Source of the DNA: Anaerohalosphaeraceae bacterium
Lineage (GTDB): Bacteria > Planctomycetota > Phycisphaerae > Sedimentisphaerales > Anaerohalosphaeraceae
Reading direction: 5' to 3'
Assembly (NCBI GenBank): GCA_050309605.1
Contig: JBNRMN010000033.1
Span: 192,001-256,000, forward strand
Length of the DNA: 64,000 nt
The position numbers and the translations under genes were made by a program. This document shows positions 9,491 through 18,264 of the stretch, in pieces (positions within the stretch are counted from its first letter, which is position 1; each line of letters begins with the position of its first letter). Below the pieces are notes generated by a model. That model ran no database searches, was not told where the DNA came from, and saw only the letters and a program-made list of their open reading frames with translations.

Positions 9491-9539
9491 AGCACACAGC
9501 CGGCTCGGGTGCCTCCTTCCCGGGCCGGCGTGCTTTTTT
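9491..9539 (+). terminator. Intrinsic terminator with a CCUCCUU loop
   Basis: GCCGGCTCGGG-TGCCTCCTT-CCCGGGCCGGC stem-loop, extended by AGCAC/GTGCT, then TTTTTT. Confidence 0.8.
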
Positions 9540-9680
9540 ATAGTGTGCTCCGCGTCAATTCCGACATTATAACGGCTCTGCGGCAAGGGCGGCTTCAACG
9601 GTTGCGATGACTGCGAGTCCAAAGGCGTGAAGCGACAATAATAATCTTGAAATTTGGCCTGAAATTTTATCCCACCCTGA

Positions 9681-9823
9681 ACAACAGCGCGGCGGCGCAA
9701 GCCGCCCGATAGGGGATGCGGATAGATGGGGCGTTTTGTAAGTCGCGGCATTATCCGGCCGCTTGCGCGGCTCGGCTATTGTACGTGGTGTTATCCGGCT
9801 CACTTGCGCGGCTCGGCTATTGT
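9681..9823. repeat. REP-like family A: three ~32-bp copies (one inverted, two direct)
   Basis: ttatccggccgcttgcgcggctcggctattgt (9751-9782), a near-identical copy (9791-9823), and an inverted diverged copy (9681-9712) with a GCAA-loop hairpin. Confidence 0.8.
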
Positions 9824-9856
9824 GGGAGGGGGTATAAAACAAGAACAATTCGACTT

Positions 9857-10051
9857 GGCCTGAAGGGCCGAAAATGCCCTGAAAGGGCAATGATACCTTA
9901 GCCCAGCCCAGCGGGCTGGGTTGTGGGGTCACCGGTCGCCGGTCGCCCTGTAAGGGCAGGATAGTATATTGCTCTTTCAGAGCCAGGGGGTTCGTGGCCG
10001 ATATAACCCCAGGGCGTTGCCCTGGGCTGGGATATGCCGCCCCTTCGGGGC
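9857..10051. repeat. REP/BIME-like family B composite (GCCCTGAAAGGGC and CCCAGGGCGTTGCCCTGGG palindromes)
   Basis: Hairpins at 9857-9869, 9875-9889, 9902-9920, 9945-9957, 9971-9983, 10008-10026 and 10039-10051, arranged as two inverted halves. Confidence 0.8.
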
Positions 10052-10130
10052 GAAATGTGGAGCCGGCTATCGCCGGGGTGAAATGATACCATTCCGTTGC
10101 TGCGCGACCCCCCGCCTTGAAAAAAGAGGG

Positions 10131-10165
10131 AAAAAAAGGGCCTGACGCACGCTGCGCCAGACCCG
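10131..10165 (-). terminator. groEL intrinsic terminator
   Basis: Minus strand GGGTCTGGCGCA-GCG-TGCGTCAGGCCC followed by T7. Confidence 0.8.
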
Positions 10166-10196
10166 TAGGATACTGGGTTGACTGACAGGGGGCGGG

Positions 10197-11855
10197 TTAG
10201 TACATGCCTCCCATGCCGCCCATACCACCCATACCGCCCATACCGCCGCCGGGCGGCATGGCAGGGGCTTCTTTCTTTTCGGGGATTTCGCTGACGACCG
10301 CCTCGGTGGTCAGCAGCAGCGAGGCGATTGAAGCGCCATTCTGAAGCGCCGTGCGTTCGACCTTGGTCGGCACGATCACGCCGAACTTGACCATATCGCC
10401 GTATTCCTTGCGAAGGGCGTCGTAGCCGAAATTCTTCTCTTTGGACTCCAGAACCTTCTGGGCGACGATGGAGCCGTCCAGCCCGGCGTTGACCGCAATC
10501 TGTTTGATTGGAGCGACAATGGCACGACGCACAATATCGACGCCGACTTTTTCGTCGCCTTCGCACTTGATCTTGTCCAGCGCCGGCAGACACTTGAGCA
10601 TTGATACGCCGCCGCCCGGCAGAATCCCCTCTTCAACCGCGGCTCGACAGGCATGCAGGGCATCCTCGACGCGGGCCTTCTTTTCCTTCATCTCGGCCTC
10701 GGTGGCCGCACCGACTTTGATGACCGCCACGCCGCCGGCCAGTTTAGCCAGACGTTCCTGGAGCTTTTCAATGTCATATTCACTGGTCGAGGCGTCGATT
10801 TCCTTTTTGATCTGCTCGATTCGTCCCTTGATGTCGGCGGTCGAGCCGGCGCCTTCGACGATTGTGGTGGTGTCTTTGTCGATGGTGATGCGCTTGGCCT
10901 GGCCGAGCTGACTGAGCTGGACGTTTTCAAGCTGAATGCCCAAATCCTCGAAGATCGCCTGCCCGCCGGTCAGGATGGCGATATCCTGGAGCATCGCCTT
11001 GCGGCGGTCGCCAAAGCCCGGCGCCTTGACCGCACAGACCTGCAGCACGCCGCGCAGCTTGTTGACGACCAGCGTCGCCAGCGCTTCGCCTTCAATGTCT
11101 TCGGCAATAATCAGCAGCGGGCGTCCTTGTTTGGCCACCTGTTCCAGCACCGGCACCAGCGACTTGACGGCGCTGATTTTCTTTTCATGAATCAGCACAT
11201 ACGGCTTTTCCAGAACGACCGTCCGGTCTTCAGGCTGATTGATAAAGTGCGGGCTGAGGTATCCTTTGTCAAACTGCATCCCTTCGAGCAGATCCACGAC
11301 AGTCTCGAGCGACTGGCCTTCTTCGACGGTCATCACGCCGTCCTTGCCGACCTTGTCCATCGCCTCGGCCAGGGTCTTGCCGATCTCGGCATCCTGATTG
11401 GCCGAGCAGGTGGCCACCTGCTGAATCTGCTTGCTTGAATCGACCGGTATGCTCATCTTGGCCAGCTCATCGACCAGCGTCTCGACGGCCTTGTCGATCC
11501 CGCGTTTGACCTGCATCGGGTTGGCCCCGGCGGTGATGTTCTTGAGTCCCTCTTCGAAGATGGCCTCGGCCAGGATCGTGGCCGTAGTCGTCCCGTCGCC
11601 GGCGACGTTGCTGGTTTTGGAGGCCACTTCCTTGACCATCTGGGCGCCCATATTCTCATACGCGTCGGTCAATTCGATTTCTTTGGCCACCGTGACGCCG
11701 TCTTTGGTCACGGTCGGCGAGCCGAACGATTTTTCCAGAACGACATTCCGCCCGCAGGGGCCAAGCGTGATTTTGACCGCGCGGGCCAGTTTCCGCACGC
11801 CCTCGCGAATGGCGGTGCGGGCTTCAACATCGTATGCTATCTTTTTTGCTGCCAT
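10197..11855 (-). CDS. groEL: Chaperonin GroEL
   Basis: [20 protein letters not shown]-terminal GGM repeats; start at ATG 11855 (MAAKK). Confidence 0.99.
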   Translation of the reverse strand: MAAKKIAYDVEARTAIREGVRKLARAVKITLGPCGRNVVLEKSFGSPTVTKDGVTVAKEIELTDAYENMGAQMVKEVASKTSNVAGDGTTTATILAEAIFEEGLKNITAGANPMQVKRGIDKAVETLVDELAKMSIPVDSSKQIQQVATCSANQDAEIGKTLAEAMDKVGKDGVMTVEEGQSLETVVDLLEGMQFDKGYLSPHFINQPEDRTVVLEKPYVLIHEKKISAVKSLVPVLEQVAKQGRPLLIIAEDIEGEALATLVVNKLRGVLQVCAVKAPGFGDRRKAMLQDIAILTGGQAIFEDLGIQLENVQLSQLGQAKRITIDKDTTTIVEGAGSTADIKGRIEQIKKEIDASTSEYDIEKLQERLAKLAGGVAVIKVGAATEAEMKEKKARVEDALHACRAAVEEGILPGGGVSMLKCLPALDKIKCEGDEKVGVDIVRRAIVAPIKQIAVNAGLDGSIVAQKVLESKEKNFGYDALRKEYGDMVKFGVIVPTKVERTALQNGASIASLLLTTEAVVSEIPEKKEAPAMPPGGGMGGMGGMGGMGGMY

Positions 11856-11911
11856 ATTGTGCAATCTCCTGTTTTCTCAGTTATCAAATCCACATCGAAC
11901 CCGTCAGGCGA

Positions 11912-12199
11912 CTATTCAATAATCGCCATAATGTCCGATTCATCCATAATCAGGTATTCTTTGCCGTCGATCTTGACTTCCGTACCGGCATAGCTGGTAA
12001 ACAACACCTGCTGGTCTTTTTTGACCGAAACGGGGGCGCGCTGGCCGTCGTCAAGCATTCGACCATCACCGACCGCGATCACCTTGCCGCGCTGCGGTTT
12101 TTCTTTGGCGGTGTCGGGCAGCACGATGCCGCCGGCGGTCTTGCTCTCGGCCTCAACACGCTGAACGATCACTTTGTCAGCTAAGGGGCGAATCTTCAT
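11912..12199 (-). CDS. groES: Co-chaperonin GroES
   Basis: [10 protein letters not shown]...[18 protein letters not shown]. Confidence 0.99.
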   Translation of the reverse strand: MKIRPLADKVIVQRVEAESKTAGGIVLPDTAKEKPQRGKVIAVGDGRMLDDGQRAPVSVKKDQQVLFTSYAGTEVKIDGKEYLIMDESDIMAIIE

Positions 12200-12289
12200 A
12201 CGTTCTGTTCTCCTTTCGACACAATTAAGGATTCTTTTATCGTTATTCCATGAGTCCGAACCACTCGGTACAGATAAAAGGCCTACATT

Positions 12290-12305
12290 TGCAAATCGTA
12301 TGCCA
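12290..12305 (-). promoter_or_regulatory. sigma54 (RpoN) -24/-12 promoter for groES-groEL
   Basis: TGGCAT-ACGAT-TTGCA matches TGGCAY-N5-TTGCW, in the correct orientation, about 90 nt upstream of groES. Confidence 0.75.
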
Positions 12306-12625
12306 GCCCCTCGAACAATGTTGTGAAAATATTCATAAGCAATGATTCAAAAAAGACTTGTATTTATTCTTTCCGATGTGAGCAGGGTGGAACCGACCGC
12401 CAATCCCGCTCCCCGGCGGTCTCGTGAGCCTGCCACCATGGCAGGCGCGTTGTCCTGTTTTGCAGGCCGCCGGACCCTTTGTATTTGGATGGCAGTACTC
12501 CATCGCTACGTATGCTGAGAATCTGCATTAGTGTCGCGCCATCAAAGATCATAATGCAAAACCACACATCAAAATTCAAAAAGAGCGATTTGCAGTGGAC
12601 AGTGGAGTCTTTTTAAAAAAAAGGG

Positions 12626-12653
12626 TTGATTTGTCGGTCTGATTGTGTAAAAT
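12626..12653 (+). promoter_or_regulatory. sigma70-type promoter for rpmE
   Basis: TTGATT-N16-TAAAAT. Confidence 0.55.
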
Positions 12654-12691
12654 GCTGATTTTCGTTTGCAACGCTATTTCGGAGTGCCTTT

Positions 12692-12916
12692 ATGAAAAAA
12701 GAGATTCATCCAAAATATGACGTGGTCAAGGTTCGCTGCGGGTGCGGCAACACGTTTGAGACGCGCAGCACGGTCAAAGAAATCCACGCGGAAATCTGCT
12801 CGATGTGCCACCCGTTCTTTACGGGCAAGCAGAAGTTTGTCGATACGGCAGGTCGCATTGAACGCTTCCAGAAGAAGTTCAGCGAGGGCTACAGCTTTCA
12901 GAAAAAGAAAAAGTAG
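12692..12916 (+). CDS. rpmE: 50S ribosomal protein L31 (Zn-binding C+ type)
   Basis: MKKEIHPKY...CGCG...[24 protein letters not shown]. Confidence 0.98.
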   Translation: MKKEIHPKYDVVKVRCGCGNTFETRSTVKEIHAEICSMCHPFFTGKQKFVDTAGRIERFQKKFSEGYSFQKKKK

Positions 12917-13029
12917 CTGACATTTCGAGTTTACAACGTGCGCTGTTTGTCTTGGCCTAACGGGGTTAAAGGTTGGCAGCGTATTTTTTTTGTCTGACCC
13001 ATTCTGATGATGGGTAATCGGAAGACGCT

Positions 13030-14121
13030 ATGGCCGCAGAAGTTCTAAAAGGCTTGTTGGAAAAGCTGGAGACGTTGGATGCAAAATGCCTGGATATTAC
13101 CCGGCAATTGGAAGACCCCGCCGTCTTCTCGGATCCGGCGAAGCTGGTTCCGTTGAACCGTGAACTGAGCAAGCTGATGCCGGTCGTCGGCAAATTCCGC
13201 GAGTACAAAAAATGCCAGGCTCAGCTTGACCAGACGCATCAGATGATTCAGGAATCGGCGTCCGATCCGGAGATGAAGGCCCTGGCCGAGCAGGAGGCCG
13301 AGAGCCTTGAGTTCAGGGCCGAAGCGCTCATTGAGCAGATCAAAGACACCCTCGTGATGGCCGATGACGCGGCGATTGATTCGATCATCCTGGAGATTCG
13401 CCCCGGCACCGGCGGCGATGAGGCGGCCCTGTTTGCCCGCGATTTGTCTATGATGTACACCCGCTATGCCGAAAAGCAGGGCTGGAAGGTGGAGGTGATG
13501 GAGTTTTCCGGTACTGAGATGGGCGGCGTGCGCGAGGTGATGATGAACATCAAAGGCCCCGGCGTCTGGGCGCATCTGGGCTATGAAGGCGGCGGCCATC
13601 GTGTTCAGCGGGTTCCCGAAACCGAGTCGCAGGGGCGGGTGCATACCTCCGCGGCCACGGTGGCGGTCCTGCCGGAGGCCGAGGAGGTCGATGTCGAAAT
13701 CAACCCCGATGACGTGCTTGAGCATGTCAGTTGTGCCGGCGGTCCGGGCGGTCAGAACGTCAACAAGGTCGCCAGCGCCATCAAGCTCGAACACGTTCCG
13801 ACCGGCATTACCGTCAGTATGCGGGACGAAAAAAGCCAGCACAAAAATCGCTCCAAGGCGTGGCGCATTCTTCGTGCTCGCCTGTATGACTATTATAAAC
13901 AAAAGGCCGACGCCGAACGGTCCTCGGCCCGCAAGACGATGATCGGCTCCGGCGACCGTTCGCAGCGCATCCGCACGTACAACTTTCCGCAAAATCGCCT
14001 GACCGACCATCGCATCAACCTGTCGCTGTACAGCCTGGACCGCATCATAATGGGCGAAATGGACGAATTGATCGAAGCCCTTCAGGTGCACGACAAGCAG
14101 CAGCGTTTGGCCACCCTTTGA
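13030..14121 (+). CDS. prfA: Peptide chain release factor 1
   Basis: HRVQRVPETE (PxT), GGQ, IRTYNFPQNRLTDHRI. Confidence 0.98.
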   Translation: MAAEVLKGLLEKLETLDAKCLDITRQLEDPAVFSDPAKLVPLNRELSKLMPVVGKFREYKKCQAQLDQTHQMIQESASDPEMKALAEQEAESLEFRAEALIEQIKDTLVMADDAAIDSIILEIRPGTGGDEAALFARDLSMMYTRYAEKQGWKVEVMEFSGTEMGGVREVMMNIKGPGVWAHLGYEGGGHRVQRVPETESQGRVHTSAATVAVLPEAEEVDVEINPDDVLEHVSCAGGPGGQNVNKVASAIKLEHVPTGITVSMRDEKSQHKNRSKAWRILRARLYDYYKQKADAERSSARKTMIGSGDRSQRIRTYNFPQNRLTDHRINLSLYSLDRIIMGEMDELIEALQVHDKQQRLATL

Positions 14122-14136
14122 ATTGACGTTTGACGA

Positions 14137-15237
14137 ATGATCATTGTTGTTACAGGACTGGTGGGCGTTGACAAAAAGCCGTATCTGGCCACGGTGTGTC
14201 AGGTGGCCAAAGCGGTCGGTCTCGATATTCTGCTGTGCCATGTCGGGCAGATGATGTACGCCGAGGCGCCGGACATTGCACCGGGACGGATTCTGGACAT
14301 TTCGCTTCAGCGGCTGCACTCGCTTCGCCGCAGCGTCTTCAAGGACATCATCGCCAAAGCCCGACAGCACGCGCATGTTATCGTCAACACCCACGCGACG
14401 TTTCGCTGGCGGCACGGGCTGTTTCCGGCGTTTGATTTTTTTCAGATGCGTCAGCTTAACCCGGACTTGTTTGTCTGTCTGGTCGATGGCGTTGAGCCGC
14501 TGCATTTGCGGTTGACCCGTGAACATCACATTCACCACACGCTCAAGGACCTCATCGTCTGGCGCGAGGAAGAGACGCTGGCCACACAAATGATGCAGCA
14601 GGGCACACGCGAGACGGCGCCGTTTTATGTGCTGGCCCGCGGCGTCGAACAGGACACCGCCCGCACGTTTTATCAACTGGCCTTTGAGCCGACGCGAAAG
14701 AAAGCCTACCTGAGTTTTCCGATGACCCATGTCGCGGGTATGCCGGAGGTGATCGCGGCGATTGAACGCTTTCGCCGTGCGGCCAAAACGATACTGACCT
14801 GTTTTGACCCGGGCGATCTGGAGGAGGCCTATCTGCCGTTTTACGGCGAACAGGCCCGACAGCAGGGACGAACGACCGTCCCGGTGCAGGTGCTGGGACA
14901 GACCCTTGAGCTGGATGTCGGGGAAGTGCGTCAGATTGAACGCGACATCAACAGCCAGATCTACGCCCGCGATTTTGCCCTGATCGATCAGTCGGATATG
15001 ATTATCAGTTTTATTCCCGAACTGTCTGACGGACGGCCGGCGCTTTCCAGCGGCGTTGAACGGGAACTTCAGCATGCCCACGAAGCGGCCAAACAGGTGT
15101 ATGTGATCTGGCTGCCCAAAAAAGAACCGTCGGTCTTTGTGACCCAGACCGCCAATAAAATTTTCCGCTGCCCGGACGAGGCGATGCGGTATTTCAGCCA
15201 CACCTACGCCTATAAAAGCGAGTTGCTGTTCGAGTAG
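14137..15237 (+). CDS. Putative fusion of an archaeal-type NMP-kinase-like P-loop domain and a nucleoside deoxyribosyltransferase-like domain
   Basis: N-terminal IIVVTGLVGVDKK and VIVNTHA; C-terminal AYLSFPMT...RDFALIDQSDMII...SSGVERELQHA. Confidence 0.6.
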   Translation: MIIVVTGLVGVDKKPYLATVCQVAKAVGLDILLCHVGQMMYAEAPDIAPGRILDISLQRLHSLRRSVFKDIIAKARQHAHVIVNTHATFRWRHGLFPAFDFFQMRQLNPDLFVCLVDGVEPLHLRLTREHHIHHTLKDLIVWREEETLATQMMQQGTRETAPFYVLARGVEQDTARTFYQLAFEPTRKKAYLSFPMTHVAGMPEVIAAIERFRRAAKTILTCFDPGDLEEAYLPFYGEQARQQGRTTVPVQVLGQTLELDVGEVRQIERDINSQIYARDFALIDQSDMIISFIPELSDGRPALSSGVERELQHAHEAAKQVYVIWLPKKEPSVFVTQTANKIFRCPDEAMRYFSHTYAYKSELLFE

Positions 15238-15241
15238 TCAA

Positions 15242-16330
15242 ATGACCGCATTTCAGCCTCCAAACGGCCTTTCGAAAACCCTGCTTGCTGAAACGCAGCA
15301 GTTACGGGCCGCCTGGCAGCGACACGACGCGGCGTTTCTTGACACCTACTTAATCCGGGATGTAGAAGATCCGCGCATTAACATGCAAAGCATTCTGACG
15401 CGGCATTTTCTCATCCGTGAACTGTTTCAGGATCGCTATGCCGACATCATGGAGCACGAATTATACTTTGCGTTGACGGTCAACTGGCTTTTGGCGCTGC
15501 TCAAGTCGAGCCGCCCTCGAAACGAGATTCACTTGCATACCGGAGCTGTTCTGGACGGGCTGCTGGCCGGGGACGAGGATGAAAACGCGACGGCTGTTCC
15601 GCCGTTTATTGCCGAGGCCTTCGGAAAACTGGCGTTTCCGAACTACATCAGCGAACTGTTGATGTGGGTTCCGCGAGAGCACGATACCGAGTCGATGCCC
15701 GAGTATCTGCTAAACATCTTTCAGCGCATCTGGGCCGAAACGCTGGCGCTCGAACAGGCCCGGCCGATTCGCGTGATCGAGCCGGCGTGCGGCTCGGCCA
15801 ATGATTACCGGTTTCTGGTCAGCTACGGCTTGGGCGCGTTTCTTGATTATACGGGTCTGGATATATGCGAAAAAAATATCTCCAATGCCCTGAGGCGTTT
15901 TCCCGACATCGATTTTCAAACGGCCTCGGTCTTTGACATACCCGCCGACGACAAGGGCTATGACTATTGTTTCGCGCATGATCTGTTTGAGCATTTGTCT
16001 CCGGAAGGGATTGGCCGGGCGGTTTCTGAAATTTACCGCGTCACAAAAAGTCGCATCTTTCTTCACTTCTTCAATATGGACGACATCGACGAAGATGTCA
16101 TTTCCCGAAAAAACGGGTACCACTGGAATCGGCTCAGTAGCCGCAGGATGAAACATCGATTTTTCTTGCAGCCGACCCGCATCAATGAGTGGCATCTGAC
16201 GACGTGGCTGGACCGCCGGTTTGTCTGGTCCGGTTATCATAATCCATACGCCCGCAGTTGGCGGATTGACGTTGGAGCCGTCGCGTCCGCCGACCGTCCT
16301 TTGATTCCTTTCGGATGCGGCCCCTTCTGA
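15242..16330 (+). CDS. Class I SAM-dependent methyltransferase with an unknown N-terminal domain
   Basis: VIEPACGSAND motif I, YTGLD, YDYCFAHDLFEHL; no NPPY motif, so not PrmC. Confidence 0.75.
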   Translation: MTAFQPPNGLSKTLLAETQQLRAAWQRHDAAFLDTYLIRDVEDPRINMQSILTRHFLIRELFQDRYADIMEHELYFALTVNWLLALLKSSRPRNEIHLHTGAVLDGLLAGDEDENATAVPPFIAEAFGKLAFPNYISELLMWVPREHDTESMPEYLLNIFQRIWAETLALEQARPIRVIEPACGSANDYRFLVSYGLGAFLDYTGLDICEKNISNALRRFPDIDFQTASVFDIPADDKGYDYCFAHDLFEHLSPEGIGRAVSEIYRVTKSRIFLHFFNMDDIDEDVISRKNGYHWNRLSSRRMKHRFFLQPTRINEWHLTTWLDRRFVWSGYHNPYARSWRIDVGAVASADRPLIPFGCGPF

Positions 16331-16365
16331 CCTCTGACCTCTGACTTCTGATGCCTGATGTCTGA
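16324..16365. repeat. Tandem heptamer repeat (CYTCTGA-like, six units)
   Basis: cttctga cctctga cctctga cttctga tgcctga tgtctga between convergent genes. Confidence 0.8.
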
Positions 16366-16376
16366 CTTGCTTGCCC

Positions 16377-17789
16377 TCACAGCAACGGTGCGGCCAGACG
16401 AACAACGCCCTCAGCCAGGCTGCGCGCTAAGCCGGCCCGTCCGATGCCGCACTGGCAATGCGCCGCAAGTTGTTCAAGCCACCGTGCGGTTTGGAGGATT
16501 TCGTCGCGGCTGTAAACGAACATTGCAGACTCGTAATTGAAATAAAGACTTCGTATATCCATATTAGCCGAGCCGAGCACCGCCGTCTTGTCGTCCATCA
16601 GCAGCACCTTGGCGTGCATCATTCCCGCCGTGTAAAACAAAATCAATCCGCCGGCATCCTGTATCTGCCGCAGCCAATTGCCGCGTACGATATCCGGCAG
16701 CAGGTGGTTGGATCGCTGCGGCAAAAGAATGCGTACATCCACGCCGCGACGAGCCGCCAGCATCAGTGCCTGACAGAGCGGCTCATCGGGAACAAAATAC
16801 GGCGTAGCTACCCAAAATCGCTCCTGGGCCGCATAAATCATCGACAAAATCGCATCATACAGCGCATCGCCTTCCATATCCGGTCCGGACGGGACAAACT
16901 GCACCACGGCCTGTCCCATGGCTTCAGTATGGCGGGTTTCTTCCGGCGGCAGCGACGGCGTTTCGCCGCTGGCAAACTCCCAATCCCGACAGAACACCTC
17001 CTCCCAGTGCCGTACGGTCGGGCCTTGCAGTACAAACGCCAAATCCTGCCACTGTCCTGACATCTGGGCCGGGCCGATGTATTCGGCGCCGATGTTGGCG
17101 CCGCCGCCGATCACGGTCTTATAATCGGCAATGTAGATTTTGCGGTGGTTGCGCAGGTTGCTGCGTCCGCGGAAGGGGCGGTGCAGCACAGGCAAAAACC
17201 AGGCGACTTTACCGCCGGCGTCGGTAATTTTCCGCAGGTGCCGCGGGCGCGTGTGCAGCGACCCGACGCCGTCCATCAGTACTCGAACCGAGACGCCGGC
17301 GGCGGCCTTTTCGGCCAGCTTGTCGATAATCAACTGTCCGGACGGGTCGGGGCGGAAGATAAACGTCGAGATGTGGATGCTCTGCCTGGCCCCGTCGATG
17401 AGCTGCTCCAGGGCGGCAAAACGCTGCTCGGCGGTCGTGCACAACGTCAGCCGATGGCCGTCCTGAGCGCCGGGAATGCCATAGGACCGCACTATCCGGT
17501 CGGTAATGCAGGCCTGTTCGGGGGCAATGGCCATTGTGGTATCCAAACCCAGTCGCCGTTTTTCCTCCGCCCAGCGCCGCAGCTTGCGCCCGCCGAACAG
17601 CAGATACAGCGGCACCCCCAGATACGGGACCAGCACAATCATCAACAACCACGCGATCGTCCCCGAAGGGGAGTGCTTTTGCAGCAGGATGTGGGCGATT
17701 AGCACCACGCCCAGCAAAAACGAGCCGATCATAAACAAATACGTCAAAATCGACGTGATAACCAGACTATCCATATCCTGCGACGGCAT
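16377..17789 (-). CDS. cls: Cardiolipin synthase (phospholipase D family)
   Basis: Two N-terminal TM helices; HxKxxxxD motifs NHRKIYIAD and MHAKVLLMD; GSANMD. Confidence 0.93.
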   Translation of the reverse strand: MPSQDMDSLVITSILTYLFMIGSFLLGVVLIAHILLQKHSPSGTIAWLLMIVLVPYLGVPLYLLFGGRKLRRWAEEKRRLGLDTTMAIAPEQACITDRIVRSYGIPGAQDGHRLTLCTTAEQRFAALEQLIDGARQSIHISTFIFRPDPSGQLIIDKLAEKAAAGVSVRVLMDGVGSLHTRPRHLRKITDAGGKVAWFLPVLHRPFRGRSNLRNHRKIYIADYKTVIGGGANIGAEYIGPAQMSGQWQDLAFVLQGPTVRHWEEVFCRDWEFASGETPSLPPEETRHTEAMGQAVVQFVPSGPDMEGDALYDAILSMIYAAQERFWVATPYFVPDEPLCQALMLAARRGVDVRILLPQRSNHLLPDIVRGNWLRQIQDAGGLILFYTAGMMHAKVLLMDDKTAVLGSANMDIRSLYFNYESAMFVYSRDEILQTARWLEQLAAHCQCGIGRAGLARSLAEGVVRLAAPLL

Positions 17790-18264
17790 ACTCGAAGCCC
17801 CTGTCTTGCAACCGGATTACAATCTGTGCGGCTGCTGTTGTCTCGGCGGCGGAATATCTCTTCTCGGTCAAGTTATCCTTATGCAACACAATGCGGATTC
17901 CACTAATACAGTTGCCCCCTGCAAAATCAAGCAAATTTCGACCCAAAAAGCAAAATCGCCGATCTAAACCCCTCACGAAAACTATTATAAAAGCTCGGAG
18001 CTGACTATTTCTCCGCACAAACGGCCTGAAAATTAACTTGACTTTTGGCCGGGTTAATGAGTATGGTGGATTGAGAGAAAAGAAACGGCGGCGGAGAATG
18101 ACTGACAAATGCCGACAATGCGACGGAGCGTTGAGAGGTATTGGCATACTGCTGGAATTCCCTATCTTCTTTTGTACTTTTGGTAATTTCACTTCTTTCC
18201 CATTGCGCGTGCTTATCGTAAGCAGCGCCACTTCTTTTTCACTCCTTTTTTGGAGGGTCAACCC

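Noticed and set aside
9751..9823. Possible mini CRISPR array
   Set aside because: Only two direct copies with an 8-nt spacer, an inverted third copy and no cas genes; better explained as REP-like
13045..15201. 718-aa minus-strand ORF, and similar long shadows (17767-19581, 19942-21894, 37440-39098, 44286-45608, 58045-59295)
   Set aside because: Antisense to well-supported genes in GC-rich DNA, with no recognisable motifs
15242..16330. Calling the methyltransferase prmC because it is near prfA
   Set aside because: Lacks the NPPY motif and the PrmC N-terminal features
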